Shown: in pieces, positions 32,209 to 44,923 of the stretch
How the letters are laid out: each line of letters opens with the position of its first letter
Position numbering within the stretch: the stretch's first letter is position 1
DNA from: an uncultured Alphaproteobacteria bacterium
Lineage (GTDB): Bacteria; Pseudomonadota; Alphaproteobacteria; MPNO01; DASWLB01
Assembly: GCA_963826605.1 (NCBI GenBank)
Contig: CAWGXN010000003.1
Location: 215,585 to 279,584, forward strand
DNA length: 64,000 bases
Direction of reading: 5' to 3'
Notes under the pieces: generated by a model
What the model saw: the letters and a program-made list of their open reading frames with translations, nothing else
Database searches by the model: none
Told to the model about the DNA's origin: nothing
Made by a program: the position numbers and the translations under genes

Positions 32209-32976
32209 GCCGGAACAGTATCACGAACGGCGATGCCGGCCCGCGCCATATGGCTCTTCGCCGCGGCGATGGAGAACGTGCCGAAATGGAAGATCGAGGC
32301 GGCCAGCACCGCCGAGGCATGACCCTCGACGCACCCCCTCGACCAGGTGGTCGAGCGTGCCGACGCCGCCCGAGGCGATCACCGGCACGCGCACCGCGTC
32401 GGCCACCGCGCGGGTCAGCGCCACGTCGAACCCCTTCTTGGTGCCGTCGCGGTCCATCGAGGTGAGCAGGATCTCGCCCGCGCCCAGCTGCTCCATGTGC
32501 CGCGCCCACAGCACCGCGTCGTGACCGGTGGGGTTGCGCCCGCCATGGGTGAATATCTCCCAGCGCCCGGACCGGGTGGACTTCGCGTCGACGGCGACCA
32601 CGATGCACTGCGTGCCGAACTTGTCGGCCGCCTCGCGCACGAGCTGGGGCCGCACGACGGCGGCCGTGTTGATCGACACCTTGTCGGCGCCGGCCAGCAG
32701 CAGCTTCCGGATATCCTCGACCGAGCGCACCCCGCCGCCCACCGTCAGCGGCATGAAGCATTGCTCGGCGGTGCGCGCCACCACGTCGAACAGCGTGTCG
32801 CGCCGTTCGTGCGAGGCGGTGATGTCGAGGAAGCAGAGCTCGTCCGCCCCCTCGGCATCGTAGAACCGCGCCTGCTCCACCGGGTCGCCCGCGTCGACCA
32901 GGTCGACGAAGTTGACGCCCTTCACGGTGCGCCCGTCCTTCACGTCCAGGCACGGGATGATGCGGACCTTCAGCAT
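32205..32976 (-). CDS. hisF: imidazole glycerol phosphate synthase cyclase subunit, frame break near 32331
   Basis: [12 protein letters not shown]...ASGGVG. The expected tail [34 protein letters not shown] is in another frame and ends in an ATGA overlap with hisE. Confidence 0.9.
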
Positions 32977-32978
32977 CG

Positions 32979-33704
32979 CTACTCCGCCGCCACGCGCAGC
33001 GCCTCGGCCGGCGAGATCCGCCCGTCATAGAGCGCCCGGCCGCAGATCACCCCGGCGATGCCCGCGGGCTCGTGCTTCTTCAGCTCGATCAGGTCGGAGA
33101 TCGACGACACGCCGCCCGACGCGATCACCGGCGTCGTCAGCGCGAAGGCGAGGTCGACCGTGGCCTCGACGTTGACGCCCACCATCGCCCCGTCGCGCCC
33201 GATATCGGTGTAGATGATCGCCGCGACGCCGGCGTCCTCGAACTTGAGGGCCAGGTCGAGGGCGCGCACCTCCGACGTGCGGGTCCAGCCGTCGACCGCC
33301 ACCCGTCCGCCGCGCGCGTCGATGCCCACCGCGACGCGCCCGGGAAAGCGGCCGCACGCCTCTTTCACCAGCTCGGGCCGCTCCAGCGCGACCGTGCCCA
33401 GGATCACCCGCGCCACGCCCGCCTCGAGCCAGCGCTCCATCGTCGCGATGTCGCGGATGCCGCCGCCGAGCTGCGCCGGCACCTTCACCGCCGCCAGGAT
33501 GGCGGCCACGGCGTCCGCGTTCACCGGATGGCCCTCGATGGCGCCGTTCAGGTCGACCAAATGCAGCCAGGGAAACCCCGCCTCGGCGAACTCGCGCGCC
33601 TGCGCGGCCGGGTCGGTGTTGAACACGGTGGCGCGGCCCATCTCGCCGCGCAGCAGGCGCACGCACACCCCGTCCTTGAGGTCGATGGCGGGAAACACGA
33701 TCAC
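32979..33704 (-). CDS. hisA: 1-(5-phosphoribosyl)-5-[(5-phosphoribosylamino)methylideneamino]imidazole-4-carboxamide isomerase
   Basis: [12 protein letters not shown] (GTG start), [16 protein letters not shown]. Confidence 0.9.
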   Translation of the reverse strand: MIVFPAIDLKDGVCVRLLRGEMGRATVFNTDPAAQAREFAEAGFPWLHLVDLNGAIEGHPVNADAVAAILAAVKVPAQLGGGIRDIATMERWLEAGVARVILGTVALERPELVKEACGRFPGRVAVGIDARGGRVAVDGWTRTSEVRALDLALKFEDAGVAAIIYTDIGRDGAMVGVNVEATVDLAFALTTPVIASGGVSSISDLIELKKHEPAGIAGVICGRALYDGRISPAEALRVAAE

Positions 33705-34276
33705 GAACGCGGGTCCTTTTGGTTCTTCTGGTCCTTCCGGCGCGGCGCACCGCGCATCGGGTGCAGCCGCTTGGAGTAGTAGTAGCCGGCCACCATCCGG
33801 CGGTCGACCATCGCGTAGTTCGGATTGACGCCCCATCGCTCGTACTTGAGCGATTCATACAGCTCGATGGCGGCCGTCTGGGTCTCGCGCACGTCGAGGA
33901 ACAGGAAGCGGAAGCCCGCGGCGCGCGCCGCCTCCTCCGCCTCCACCGCCAGCGTGCGGGCGAGGCCGTGGCCGCGCGCCCAGGGCGCGACGAAATGGGT
34001 GGTCAGCGTCGCCGCAAAGGCCTGTGCCTCGTTGTTGCGCGGCGGCCGCACGAGCTGCACCGAGCCGGCGATCACCCCGTCGATGCGCGCCGCCAGCACG
34101 ACGCGCTCGGGCACCAGAAGCGTGCCGCGCCAGTAGCGCTCCAGCACGTCGCGCGGGGGCGGGCGCAGCCAGCCGAACCCGCCGCCCGCCAGGATCGCCG
34201 TCTCGGTGGCGTCGCACAGATCGCCGAGATCGGTGCCCGCGAACTTTTCCAGCCTTTCGACGGAGGTGTCGGGCAT
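33701..34276 (-). CDS. GNAT family N-acetyltransferase
   Basis: Acetyl-CoA motif region [14 protein letters not shown]. Sits between hisH and hisA. Confidence 0.7.
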   Translation of the reverse strand: MPDTSVERLEKFAGTDLGDLCDATETAILAGGGFGWLRPPPRDVLERYWRGTLLVPERVVLAARIDGVIAGSVQLVRPPRNNEAQAFAATLTTHFVAPWARGHGLARTLAVEAEEAARAAGFRFLFLDVRETQTAAIELYESLKYERWGVNPNYAMVDRRMVAGYYYSKRLHPMRGAPRRKDQKNQKDPRS

Positions 34277-34277
34277 C

Positions 34278-34925
34278 CTACGGGCGCCAGGCGAGGAAGT
34301 TGCGGATCAGCACGAGCCCGGCCTGCTGGCTCTTCTCCGGGTGGAACTGGGTGCCGACGATGTTGTCGCGCGCGACGATTGCGGTGACCGGCCCGCCATA
34401 TTCGACCGTGGCGCGCACGTCATCGTCGCGGGCGCACGCCATCGCGTAGGAATGGACGAAATAGGCGTGGGTGCCGGGCGCGATCCCGTCGAGCAGCGGA
34501 TGGCCGGCGCCGTGCGGGCGCAGCTCGTTCCAGCCCATGTGCGGGATGCGGAGCGCCGGATCGGCGGGGGCGAGCGGCACGACCTCGGCCTCGATCCAGC
34601 CCAGACCCTCGTGCGTGCCGTGCTCCAGCGAGCGCCGGGCCATGAGCTGCATGCCGACGCAGATGCCGAGGAACGGCTTTGCCCGCTCGATCACCTCGCG
34701 CTCCAGCGCCTCGCGCATGCCGGGAAGCGCGGCGAGCCCGGCCATGCAGTCGGCGAACGCGCCGACGCCGGGCAGCACGATGTGGCTCGCCGCCGCCAGC
34801 GCCGCCGCCTCGGCCGTCACCGCCACGGTGTCGCCCTGGCCCAGCTCGCGGGCGCAGCGCTCGAATGCCTTGCCCGCCGAGCGCAAATTGCCCGAGCCGT
34901 AATCGATGATGACCACGTCCGCCAT
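34278..34925 (-). CDS. hisH: imidazole glycerol phosphate synthase glutamine amidotransferase subunit
   Basis: VVIIDYGSGNLRS, LGICVGMQ, FHPEKS. Confidence 0.9.
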   Translation of the reverse strand: MADVVIIDYGSGNLRSAGKAFERCARELGQGDTVAVTAEAAALAAASHIVLPGVGAFADCMAGLAALPGMREALEREVIERAKPFLGICVGMQLMARRSLEHGTHEGLGWIEAEVVPLAPADPALRIPHMGWNELRPHGAGHPLLDGIAPGTHAYFVHSYAMACARDDDVRATVEYGGPVTAIVARDNIVGTQFHPEKSQQAGLVLIRNFLAWRP

Positions 34926-34929
34926 CGCC

Positions 34930-35310
34930 TTACGCCGTCCGGGGCGGGTTGAGGTCGAACCAGCGGCGCAAAGCGGCATCGCGCCCGGATGCGGCGACCA
35001 GCCCCGCGCCCCGCCAGCCGCGCCGTTCGAGCGACCGGCGGCGGAGGTCGTTGGCCACCATCCCGACCGCCGTGGCGACGCCCAGCCCCACGGAAGCCGC
35101 GCCCCAGGGCGCGAGGCGCGCCGCCGCGCACGCCACGTCCGCGCCCACCTCGACCACCAGGAAGACGAGCGTCGCGAGCCACATGCGGTGCGCGAGCGCC
35201 CAGATCGGCCCGAGGAAGAAGGCGGGCCACGAGAACCCTTCCTTCACCAGCACGGCCTCGCGGTCGGGCGCCGACGATCCGGGGCGGACATGGACGGAAT
35301 AGACGCGCAT
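34930..35310 (-). CDS. DUF2628-like small membrane protein
   Basis: KEGFSWPAFFLGPIWALAHRMW. Sits between hisB and hisH, as is common in alphaproteobacteria. Confidence 0.6.
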   Translation of the reverse strand: MRVYSVHVRPGSSAPDREAVLVKEGFSWPAFFLGPIWALAHRMWLATLVFLVVEVGADVACAAARLAPWGAASVGLGVATAVGMVANDLRRRSLERRGWRGAGLVAASGRDAALRRWFDLNPPRTA

Positions 35311-35335
35311 CTGGTTCGGCCGGCCGGCGCGGTGG

Positions 35336-35932
35336 TCATCCCGCGCTCAGCGTGCCCTTGGTCGAGGGCACGATGCCCGCGGCGCGCGGGTCGATCTCGA
35401 CCGCCGACCGGAGCGCGCGGGCCAGCCCCTTGTAGCAGGACTCGATGATGTGATGGCTGTTCTCGCCGTAAAGGTTCTCGACGTGCAGCGTCACGCCGGC
35501 CGCCTGGGCGAAGGCCTGGAACCATTCCTTGAACAGCTCGGTGTCCATCTCGCCGACCTTCTGGCGGGGAAACGCCACCTTCCAGATCAGATAGGGCCGG
35601 TTCGACACGTCGATGGCGACGCGGGTCAGCGTCTCGTCCATCGGGATCAGTGCGTCGGCATAGCGCCTTATGCCTCGCCGGTCGCCCAGCGCCTTGGCGA
35701 CGGCCTGGCCGATGACGATGCCGGTATCCTCGGTGGTGTGGTGGAAATCGATATGCAAATCGCCCTTGGCCCGGACGTCGAGGTCCAGCAGCCCGTGCCG
35801 GGCGAGCTGGGCCAGCATGTGGTCCAGGAATCCGATCCCTGTCGCGACGTCGGACCGGCCGGTGCCGTCCAGATCGACGCGAACCTCGATGTCGGTTTCG
35901 GTGGTCTTGCGCGCGACCGTGGCTTCGCGCAT
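35336..35932 (-). CDS. hisB: imidazoleglycerol-phosphate dehydratase
   Basis: [29 protein letters not shown]. Confidence 0.95.
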   Translation of the reverse strand: MREATVARKTTETDIEVRVDLDGTGRSDVATGIGFLDHMLAQLARHGLLDLDVRAKGDLHIDFHHTTEDTGIVIGQAVAKALGDRRGIRRYADALIPMDETLTRVAIDVSNRPYLIWKVAFPRQKVGEMDTELFKEWFQAFAQAAGVTLHVENLYGENSHHIIESCYKGLARALRSAVEIDPRAAGIVPSTKGTLSAG

Positions 35933-36162
35933 GGGCCCTCCAGCTCTCGCCGGGCGCGGCGAAGGGCGTTTTTACCAGCCCGCCCCACCGCGCGCCAGTG
36001 CCGAAGAACCCCTCTCCCTGTCGCTCCCCCTCAAGGGGGCAGCGTTCCGGGATTCTGCTGTCTTTCCCTTTGCCCTGGGCCGCCAAACAGGCTACCAACG
36101 GCCACCGGACGGGCGGGCGCACGGCGCGCTTCGCGGTCCCCAGTTCCGGGCCACCCGAAACC

Positions 36163-37340
36163 ATGACCGAGTTCGAACAACGCGCCCTTCTGCCGACGGG
36201 GCTCCGCGACGTCCTGCCGCCCAACGCCGCCTTCGAGGCCGAGGTGGTCGAGCGGCTGGTCGCATGCTTCGCGTCGCGCGGCTATGCGCGGGTCAAGGCG
36301 CCGCTGATCGAGTTCGAGGAGGGGCTGCTGTCGGGCGCGGGCGCCGCCATGGCGGCCGACACGTTCCGGCTGATGGACCCGGTGGACCAGCGCATGATGG
36401 GGCTTCGCGCCGACATCACGCCGCAGATCGCCCGCATCGCCGCCACGCGCCTCGGCAAGGTGCCGCAGGCCGCTGCGCCTTTCCTACTGCCGGCGACGTG
36501 CTGCGGGTGAAGGGGACGCAGCTTCGCCCCGAGCGCCAGTTCGGCCAGGTCGGCGTCGAGCTGATCGGCGCGGAGAGCGCCGAGTCCGACGCCGAGGCCA
36601 TCCTGATGGCGGTCGAGGCGCTGGAGACGGTGGGCGTCGAGCGCATGTCGGTCGACCTCACCATCCCGCTCCTGGTGCCGCTGGTGTGCGACTCGCTGTC
36701 GCTGTCCGCGGCCGCCCAGGCCGAGCTGACCGCCGCGCTCGACCGCAAGGACGCCGCGGCTGTGGCCGCGCTCGGCGGCGAACGGGGCCCGCTTCTCAGC
36801 GAGCTGCTGGCGACCGCCGGAAAGGCCGACCGCGCGCTTGCCCGGCTCGGCAGGATGGACCTGCCGCCCGCGGCCGCGGCCGAGCGCACGCGGCTCGGCG
36901 ACGTGATGGCGCTTGTCCGCGCCGAGGCGCCCGACCTCACCCTCACCGTCGATCCGGTGGAGAATCGCGGCTTCGCCTACCATACCGGCGTCAGCTTCAC
37001 GATCTTCGCGCCCGGCGTGCGCGGCGAGCTGGGCAGCGGCGGGCGCTACGTCGCGATCGACGGCACGCTCGGTGAGGCCGGGCCGCACGGCGAGCCGGCG
37101 ACCGGCTTCACGCTTTACGTCGATACCATCCTGCGCGTCCTGCCCGACGCCGCGCCGCCGCCCTCGGTGTTCGTGCCGCTCGGCACCGATCCCGGCGTGG
37201 CGAAGAAGCTGCGCGCGGAGGGATGGACGACGGTGGCGGGGCTCGCCCCCTGCGACGATGCCGCCGCCGAGGCCGTGCGGCTCGAGTGCACGCATGTCTA
37301 CATTGCCGGCAAGGTCGTGCCGGCCGAAGGGAAAGCATAG
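36163..37340 (+). CDS. hisZ: ATP phosphoribosyltransferase regulatory subunit, frame break near 36468
   Basis: HisRS-like without an anticodon domain. [11 protein letters not shown]...[11 protein letters not shown] is in one frame. [32 protein letters not shown] is in the next. Confidence 0.8.
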
Positions 37341-37347
37341 GGATCCG

Positions 37348-38639
<1,292 letters not shown>

Positions 38640-38671
38640 GGCGGCGTCGACCCGCAACGGCGGGCATCGTC

Positions 38672-38787
38672 CCCCCTCACCCTGGCCTTCTTCCCAGGGA
38701 GAGGGAACGTCGCGACGATCTTTCCGCCGTCTCGCGATGGTCCTCCAAAACTCCCCTCTCCCGGCGGGAGAGGGACAGGGTGAGGGG
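38672..38787. repeat. GC-rich palindromic element, family D
   Basis: cccctcaccctgg...gggagagggaac and cccctctcccggcgggagagggacagggtgagggg. A related partial copy lies at 36009..36044. Confidence 0.4.
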
Positions 38788-38793
38788 TCGGCC

Positions 38794-39597
38794 TCACCGC
38801 GCCTTCTTCACGTCCATCGCCTCGATGTTGCGCCGCGCGATCTCGGCGGCGGCGCCCTTCGGGTTGCGGCGCAGCACCGTCATCCAGGCGGCGCGGGCCT
38901 TCGCCGTCTCGCCCTTGGCGCGGTAGAGGTTGCCGCGCTCCAACAGCGCGTCGGGGTCGCCGGGCGCGAGGGCGAGCGCGCGCTCCAGATCGTCGGTGGC
39001 GAGATCGGTCTGACCCAGCCGGCGCCACGCGGCGGCGCGCAGCACCAGCGCGTCGGCCCGCCCCGGCGCGAGCTTGAGGGCGCGGTCGAGGTCGTCCATC
39101 GCCTCCCAGGTGAGGCCGAGCCCGGCATTGACCACGGCGCGGTCGACCAGCAGGTCCGACGAGTCCGGGTCGAGCTTCAGCCCGTCGGTCAGCGCGTCCC
39201 AGGCGCGCCGGTCGCGACCGGCGGCGAGCCAGGCGCGGCCGGCCTGGTCGTAGAGGCGCGAGCGCATGCCGGCGAGCGCCTTGACCTCGCCATTGGCCAG
39301 CTCCTCCAGCAGCTCGGCCCCCTCGGCGGCGTCGCCGCGTCCGACAAGTCCGGTGGCCAGGCAGTGCTCGGCCGGCGCTCCGCCGCCCTGCTTGCGCCAG
39401 GCGAGCGCCCGCTCGACGCCCTTCTGCGGGTCGGCGCGCGCCGTCGCCATGCAGGCGGTGTAGGTTTCGTCTGCCGCCGCCTTGGCGGGCGGGGCAGGGG
39501 CCGGCGCCGCCCACGCACCGCCGCCCGCCCCTACTGCAACCGCGACCAGCGCCGCGGCGGAATACCATCGTATCATGCACCTCTCCGCGCCTCGCAC
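38794..39597 (-). CDS. secreted tetratricopeptide repeat protein
   Basis: Signal peptide plus repeated TPR-like A..G....A...Y..AL..P units. Confidence 0.7.
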   Translation of the reverse strand: MRGAERCMIRWYSAAALVAVAVGAGGGAWAAPAPAPPAKAAADETYTACMATARADPQKGVERALAWRKQGGGAPAEHCLATGLVGRGDAAEGAELLEELANGEVKALAGMRSRLYDQAGRAWLAAGRDRRAWDALTDGLKLDPDSSDLLVDRAVVNAGLGLTWEAMDDLDRALKLAPGRADALVLRAAAWRRLGQTDLATDDLERALALAPGDPDALLERGNLYRAKGETAKARAAWMTVLRRNPKGAAAEIARRNIEAMDVKKAR

Positions 39598-39680
39598 CCG
39601 CGCGCGGGCCGGCGCGATTCCGCGCGAGCGAAAGATGCTTTAAAGTCGTGGCTCGCGCGTGTGCATGCAAGGGGCGGCGC

Positions 39681-40574
39681 ATGGATGATCCACCCGCTGC
39701 CGGCCGACTGTTCTGCTTCGGCCTCGGCTATGTCGCGCTGACGCTGGCCACGCGGCTGCTGCCGCGGGGCTGGAGCGTGGCGGGCACCTCGCGCGATCCC
39801 GACAAGCGCGCCAAGCTTGACCGGCTGGGCGTTTCGGTCAGTGCGTTCGATGGCGCGCGGCCGATGGCGGACGCGGCCGAGGCGCTGTCCGGCGCGACCC
39901 ACGTGCTGTCGTCGGTGCCGCCGGATTCGCGCGGCGACCCGGTGCTGCGCTTCCACGCCGACGACATCGCGGCGCTGGCGCCCGCCTGGATCGGCTATCT
40001 CTCCGCGACCTCGGTCTATGGCGACGCGGGCGGCGGCTGGGTGGACGAGCGCATGATCGCGCGCCCCACCGGCGAGCGCGGCCGGCGCCGCGCCGACGCC
40101 GAGATGGAATGGTTCGACCTTCATCGCGGCGACGGGCTTGCCGTGCACGTCTTCCGGCTCGCCGGCATCTACGGGCCGGGGCGCAGCGCGCTCGACCGGC
40201 TGCGCGACGGCACGGCGCGGCGCATCGTCAAGCCGGGCCACGTCTTCTCGCGCATCCATGTCGAGGATGTGGCCGCGACCCTGGCCGCCTCGATGGCGCA
40301 GCCCCACCCGGGCGCCGTCTACAACGTATGCGACGACGAGCCGGCGCCGGGCAGCGAGGTGCTGGAATATGCCTGCCGCGTGGCCGGCGTGGCGCCGCCG
40401 CCGGCCGAGCCATACGACGAGGCGATCCTGTCGCCGACCGCGCGCAGCTTCTTCGCCGACGGCCGGCGCGTGTCCAACGCGCGCATCAAGCGCGAGCTGG
40501 GCGTCGCGCTGGCCTATCCCGACTACCGTGCCGGACTCGACGCGCTGCTTGCGCGAAGCGGCACGGATTCTTAA
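39681..40574 (+). CDS. NAD-dependent epimerase/SDR family protein
   Basis: FCFGLGYVA Rossmann-like N-terminus, [17 protein letters not shown]. Confidence 0.7.
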   Translation: MDDPPAAGRLFCFGLGYVALTLATRLLPRGWSVAGTSRDPDKRAKLDRLGVSVSAFDGARPMADAAEALSGATHVLSSVPPDSRGDPVLRFHADDIAALAPAWIGYLSATSVYGDAGGGWVDERMIARPTGERGRRRADAEMEWFDLHRGDGLAVHVFRLAGIYGPGRSALDRLRDGTARRIVKPGHVFSRIHVEDVAATLAASMAQPHPGAVYNVCDDEPAPGSEVLEYACRVAGVAPPPAEPYDEAILSPTARSFFADGRRVSNARIKRELGVALAYPDYRAGLDALLARSGTDS

Positions 40575-40624
40575 CCTGGGCTGTGGAAAACCCGATCCGC
40601 AGTCGCCGGATCAAGGGGGGAGCG

Positions 40625-43018
40625 ATGCGCACGACGGAGTTGATCGTCGTGGCACTATGGCCGACCGCGGCCTTCGCGGCCGACGGCACCGCCGTCGCCG
40701 GCGGCGCGGCGGTGGCTGCGATGCTCGCCGCCTTCGCGGCCGTCGCCCTGGCCGTGCGCGCCCGCCGCCGCTTCGCCGACGCCTGCACCCGCTCCGACGC
40801 GCTCGCCCAGCGGGCGGCGTGCGCCGACGCGCTGCTCGCCGCGCGGCCCGACCAGTATCTCTGCCGCGATCTCGCCGGCGCGACCGACAGGGCCTCGCCC
40901 GGCCTCGCCGCCCTGGTCGGTGCGTCGGGCGAGGCGGTCGGGCTCGATGCCGTCGCCGCCGCGCTCGCCGAGGAGGATGCCGACGCGCTGGCGCGGGCGG
41001 TCGACACGCTTGCCGCCGACGGCACCGCCTTCGAGACGGCCGTCGCGGCGCGCAACGGCCGCACGCTGCGCGTTTCGGGCCGGCGCGTCGCGGGCGGTGC
41101 GGCGCCCGGCCTGGTCGTGCTGTGGTTCGCGGACCAGACGGTGGTGGCCGACACGCGCGCCCGCCTTGCCGCCGAGCGCGACGGGCTGCGCGCGCTGCTC
41201 GACCTGGTGCCGGTGCCGCTATGGCGGCGCGATGCCGGCCTGCGGCCCAGCTTCGTCAACCGGGCCTACGCCGCCGCGGTCGCCGCCGAGACCGGCAACG
41301 GCGCGCCTGCCGAGATCGCCGCACCCGACGGCCGCGCGCTGGCCCGCAAGGTGCGCGACGGCGGCGTGGCGGCGAGCGAGACCCACCACGTGGTGATCGG
41401 CGGCGAGCGCCGGCTGGTCGAGATCGGCGAGGCGCCGGACGGCGCCGGCGGCACGGCCGGCTACATGCTCGACCGCACCGCCGTCGAGACCGCCGAGATC
41501 GAGCTCGCCCGCCACATCGAGGGCCACGAGGAGGTGCTGCACAATCTGGGCACCGCGCTCGCCATCTACGGCCCGGACAAGTGCCTTAAATTCTTCAACA
41601 ACGCGTTCCTGCGCACCTGGGACCTGGACGAGGCGTGGCTGCGTGCCGGCCCCGAGATCGGCGACGTGCTGGAGGCGATGCGCGAGCGGCGCAAGCTGCC
41701 CGAGGTGGCCGACTTCCCCGCCTTCAAGCAGGACATCCAGCGCCTGTTCACGTCGCTGATCGAACCGCTGGAGGAGCTGGTCCACCTGCCCGACGAGACG
41801 ACCTTCCGCATGGTGGTGACGCCGCACCCGTTCGGCGGGCTGCTGTTCACCTGGGAGGACGTGACCGACGCGCTGGCGCTCGAGCGGCTCTACAACACGC
41901 TGATCGAGGTGCAGCGCGAGACGCTCGACAATCTGTACGAGGGCATCGCGGTGATCGGCGGCGACGGCCGGCTGAAGCTCTCCAACCCCGCGTTCGGGCG
42001 CATGTGGCGCATCCCGGCCGACGCTTTGCGCGCCGGCCTGCGCATCGCCGACCTGGTCGACCGCATGCGCCCGTTCCTCGCCGATGGCGGCGACTGGGCG
42101 GCGCAGAAGGAGGAGACGATCGAGCTGCTGACCGACCGCGCGGCGCGCTCGGGCCGGCTCGAGCGGTCGGACGGATCGGTGCTGGAATACGCCTCGGTGC
42201 CGCTGCCCGACGGGGCGGTGCTGCTCTCCTATCTCGACGTCTCGGATTCGACGCGGGTCGAGCGCGCGCTGCGCGAGCGCAACGAGGCGCTGGAAACGGC
42301 GGACCGGCTCAAATCCGAGTTCATCGCCAACGTCTCCTACGAGCTGCGCACGCCGCTCAACACGATCATCGGCTTCGCCGAAATCCTGACCGACCAGTAT
42401 TTCGGCGCGCTCAACCCGCGCCAGGTCGAGTACAGCCGCGGCATCCTGGAATCGTCGCAGCGGCTGCTGTCGCTGATCAACGACATCCTCGACCTCGCCT
42501 CGATCGAGGCGGGCCACATGACGCTCGAGCTCGAGACCATCGACCTCTACCGCATGCTCACCAGCGTGCTGGCGCTGACGCGCGAGCGGGCGCGCAAGAA
42601 GAACCTGACCATCGGGTTCGACTGCCCGTCCGACATCGGCGCCATCGTCGGCGACGAGCGCCGGCTCAAGCAGGCCTTGTTCAACATCCTGTCGAACTCC
42701 GTGAAGTTCACGCCCGAGAACGGCATCATCCGCCTTGTCGCGCGGCGCACGGGCGACGCGGTCGAGCTCGTCTTCCACGACACCGGAATCGGCATCCCGC
42801 GCGCCGACCACGGGCGCGTGTTCGGCAAGTTCGAGCGCGGCACCCATCCCGAGGCGCGCCACGGCGCCGGGCTGGGGCTGTCGCTGGTGAAGAGCTTCGT
42901 CGAGCTGCACGGCGGCACGGTCGTGCTGGAAAGCGAGGAGGGCATCGGCACCCGCCTCACCTGCCGCCTGCCGGCGCGCGAGGCCGCGTCGCCGGGCGCG
43001 GCCGCCGCGGGGGAGTAG
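40625..43018 (+). CDS. membrane-anchored PAS-domain sensor histidine kinase
   Basis: H-box FIANVSYELRTPLN, N/G boxes NILSNSVKFT, DTGIGI and GLGLSLV, with PAS-like regions upstream. Confidence 0.85.
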   Translation: MRTTELIVVALWPTAAFAADGTAVAGGAAVAAMLAAFAAVALAVRARRRFADACTRSDALAQRAACADALLAARPDQYLCRDLAGATDRASPGLAALVGASGEAVGLDAVAAALAEEDADALARAVDTLAADGTAFETAVAARNGRTLRVSGRRVAGGAAPGLVVLWFADQTVVADTRARLAAERDGLRALLDLVPVPLWRRDAGLRPSFVNRAYAAAVAAETGNGAPAEIAAPDGRALARKVRDGGVAASETHHVVIGGERRLVEIGEAPDGAGGTAGYMLDRTAVETAEIELARHIEGHEEVLHNLGTALAIYGPDKCLKFFNNAFLRTWDLDEAWLRAGPEIGDVLEAMRERRKLPEVADFPAFKQDIQRLFTSLIEPLEELVHLPDETTFRMVVTPHPFGGLLFTWEDVTDALALERLYNTLIEVQRETLDNLYEGIAVIGGDGRLKLSNPAFGRMWRIPADALRAGLRIADLVDRMRPFLADGGDWAAQKEETIELLTDRAARSGRLERSDGSVLEYASVPLPDGAVLLSYLDVSDSTRVERALRERNEALETADRLKSEFIANVSYELRTPLNTIIGFAEILTDQYFGALNPRQVEYSRGILESSQRLLSLINDILDLASIEAGHMTLELETIDLYRMLTSVLALTRERARKKNLTIGFDCPSDIGAIVGDERRLKQALFNILSNSVKFTPENGIIRLVARRTGDAVELVFHDTGIGIPRADHGRVFGKFERGTHPEARHGAGLGLSLVKSFVELHGGTVVLESEEGIGTRLTCRLPAREAASPGAAAAGE

Positions 43019-43029
43019 GGGCGATCGAC

Positions 43030-43455
43030 ATGTCGGAAGCAACGTGGACCGAACTGTATCGCTGGGAAGGCGTTCATTGCACCTTCTCGGTTGCGCGGCC
43101 GGCGCCCGGAATCGTCGTCCTCACCATTTCCGGGCACGATGTCGGCGAGTTCGGCGACCGCCCTCGCCGCGCGCTGGAGGAGGTGCTGTTGCAGGACGAC
43201 GCGATCGAACTATTCGTCGATGCCCGCGGCACCGAGGGCGTGTCGATCGACGTCAGCGGCGAATGGGCGCAATGGCTGGATGCGCAGCGCGCGCGCTGCA
43301 CCCGGGTGACGATGCTGACGGGATCCCGCTTCATCGAAATCACCGCCGCGTTCGTGCGCCGCTTCGCCGCGCTGGGCGACATCATGCGTGTCTACGCGGA
43401 CGCGGCGGCCTTCGACCAGGCGCTGGCCGACGCCGTCGCCACGGTGGAAGCGTAG
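43030..43455 (+). CDS. hypothetical protein, possibly STAS-like
   Basis: 141-aa ORF starting 12 nt after the kinase stop. The STAS-like assignment is weak resemblance only. Confidence 0.45.
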   Translation: MSEATWTELYRWEGVHCTFSVARPAPGIVVLTISGHDVGEFGDRPRRALEEVLLQDDAIELFVDARGTEGVSIDVSGEWAQWLDAQRARCTRVTMLTGSRFIEITAAFVRRFAALGDIMRVYADAAAFDQALADAVATVEA

Positions 43456-43480
43456 CGAGGGCCGGCGTCCCGCGCCGCGC

Positions 43481-44663
43481 CTAACGCACGTAGATGTGCA
43501 CCTCGTCGGTCTCGGCGGCGGAGCTGGTCATCGCCGACAGGCGGACGCGGTCCATCGGCAGGCCCATCTCCGACATCGAGCGCAGCACCTTCTCCGCGTC
43601 GCGCTTCGACTGGTTCTGCCCGCGCGTGACTTGGGCGGGCGAACCCGACTGCGGCGCGACCGCCACAAGGTCGAAGGTCGCGTTCGGCCGGCGGTTGAGC
43701 GCGCCCGACAAGGCGGTGTACAGCGCCTGCTCGTACTCGACGTTCGGCCGGTCGAAGCGGATCACCACCAGCGGCCGGCGCCTGCGCCTCGCCGGGCAGC
43801 GCGGCGGGCGCGGCCGAGGCGACCGGCGCCGACGACTGGAAGGCGCGGTTGGCGAGCGACGAGCCGTACAGCTCGCCGTTCTTGATGGCGAGCGACAGCG
43901 CGGTCAGGTTCGAGCGCTCGGTGGCCAGATAGGCGCTCTGGCGCGAGATGTCGGAGGACAGCTCGTTCAGCAGCCGGTCGATGGTCACCACCGTGCGGTT
44001 GACCTCGTCCTCCAGGATGGTGAGCTGGCGATGGTCCTCGTCGACCGCGCCCGACAGCCCATAGGCGGCGCGCACCAATTCCAGCAGGTACGAAGCGAGG
44101 GTCGAGGTGCCGGATACGCGGTTGGCGAGCGAGTTCATCTGCGCCACGTCCGAGGCCACCTGGTCCAGAAGCCCCTGGGCGGCGTTCCACTGGCTGACCA
44201 GGATCGGGTTCCCCGGCGTGGTGCCGACCTGCAGCCTCGCCTGGATGACGCCGACGGTGGCATGGTAGCGCTCGGAATGCTGCACGGTCTGGCCGCGGAT
44301 CGCCTGCAGCGACTGGTTCTCCTCGCGGATCTGCGCCTGCAGCCGCTGCAATTCCCCGCGGAACTGGACGACCTTCTGGCCGACGAACGTGCCGGTCGGC
44401 TGGCCGGGCGTGACCGAGGGCGGGTTGAACTGGCCGGTGCCCAGCGCCGGCGGCGCCGCGGCGGCCGGGCTCAGCGTCGGCTGGCCGTTGCTCTCGGCGG
44501 CCGAGGCGGGGATCGACTGCGCCCCGCTCGCCATGGCGGGCGGGGCCGCGCCCTCGGGCTCGTCGCCGGACAGGGAGGGATACAGCACGTCGGACACGAA
44601 CGAGCAGCCGGCGAGGATCAGCCCCGCACAGAGCGCCGCCGCAAGGGATTTCGCTCGGGCCAT
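43481..44663 (-). CDS. lipoprotein with coiled-coil region, frame break near 43772
   Basis: MARAKSLAAALCAGLILAGCS lipobox. The C-terminal 95 codons (VVIRFDRPNVEYEQALY...) are in ORF 43481..43768. Confidence 0.55.
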
Positions 44664-44923
44664 CGGAGAGTTCACCCCCATTCCCCACTCTTGTTTGGCC
44701 AACCCGCGACGCCGGCCCAAATTATTGGAAATTATCGCGTTTCTACCCACTCATCGGCCGCCGGGCATCATACAGTCTGGTCGGGGCACGAACAAGGCGA
44801 TTAGGAACTTTACTGAGTCGCGGTCCGTCGCGTGCCCGCCCGCGGCGCGCTTGCCACGCCCCGGCAATTCGACTAACTTCCGCCGCCTTCCCGCCGGTCG
44901 CGCGACCGCGCCGGCCGGTCCTG

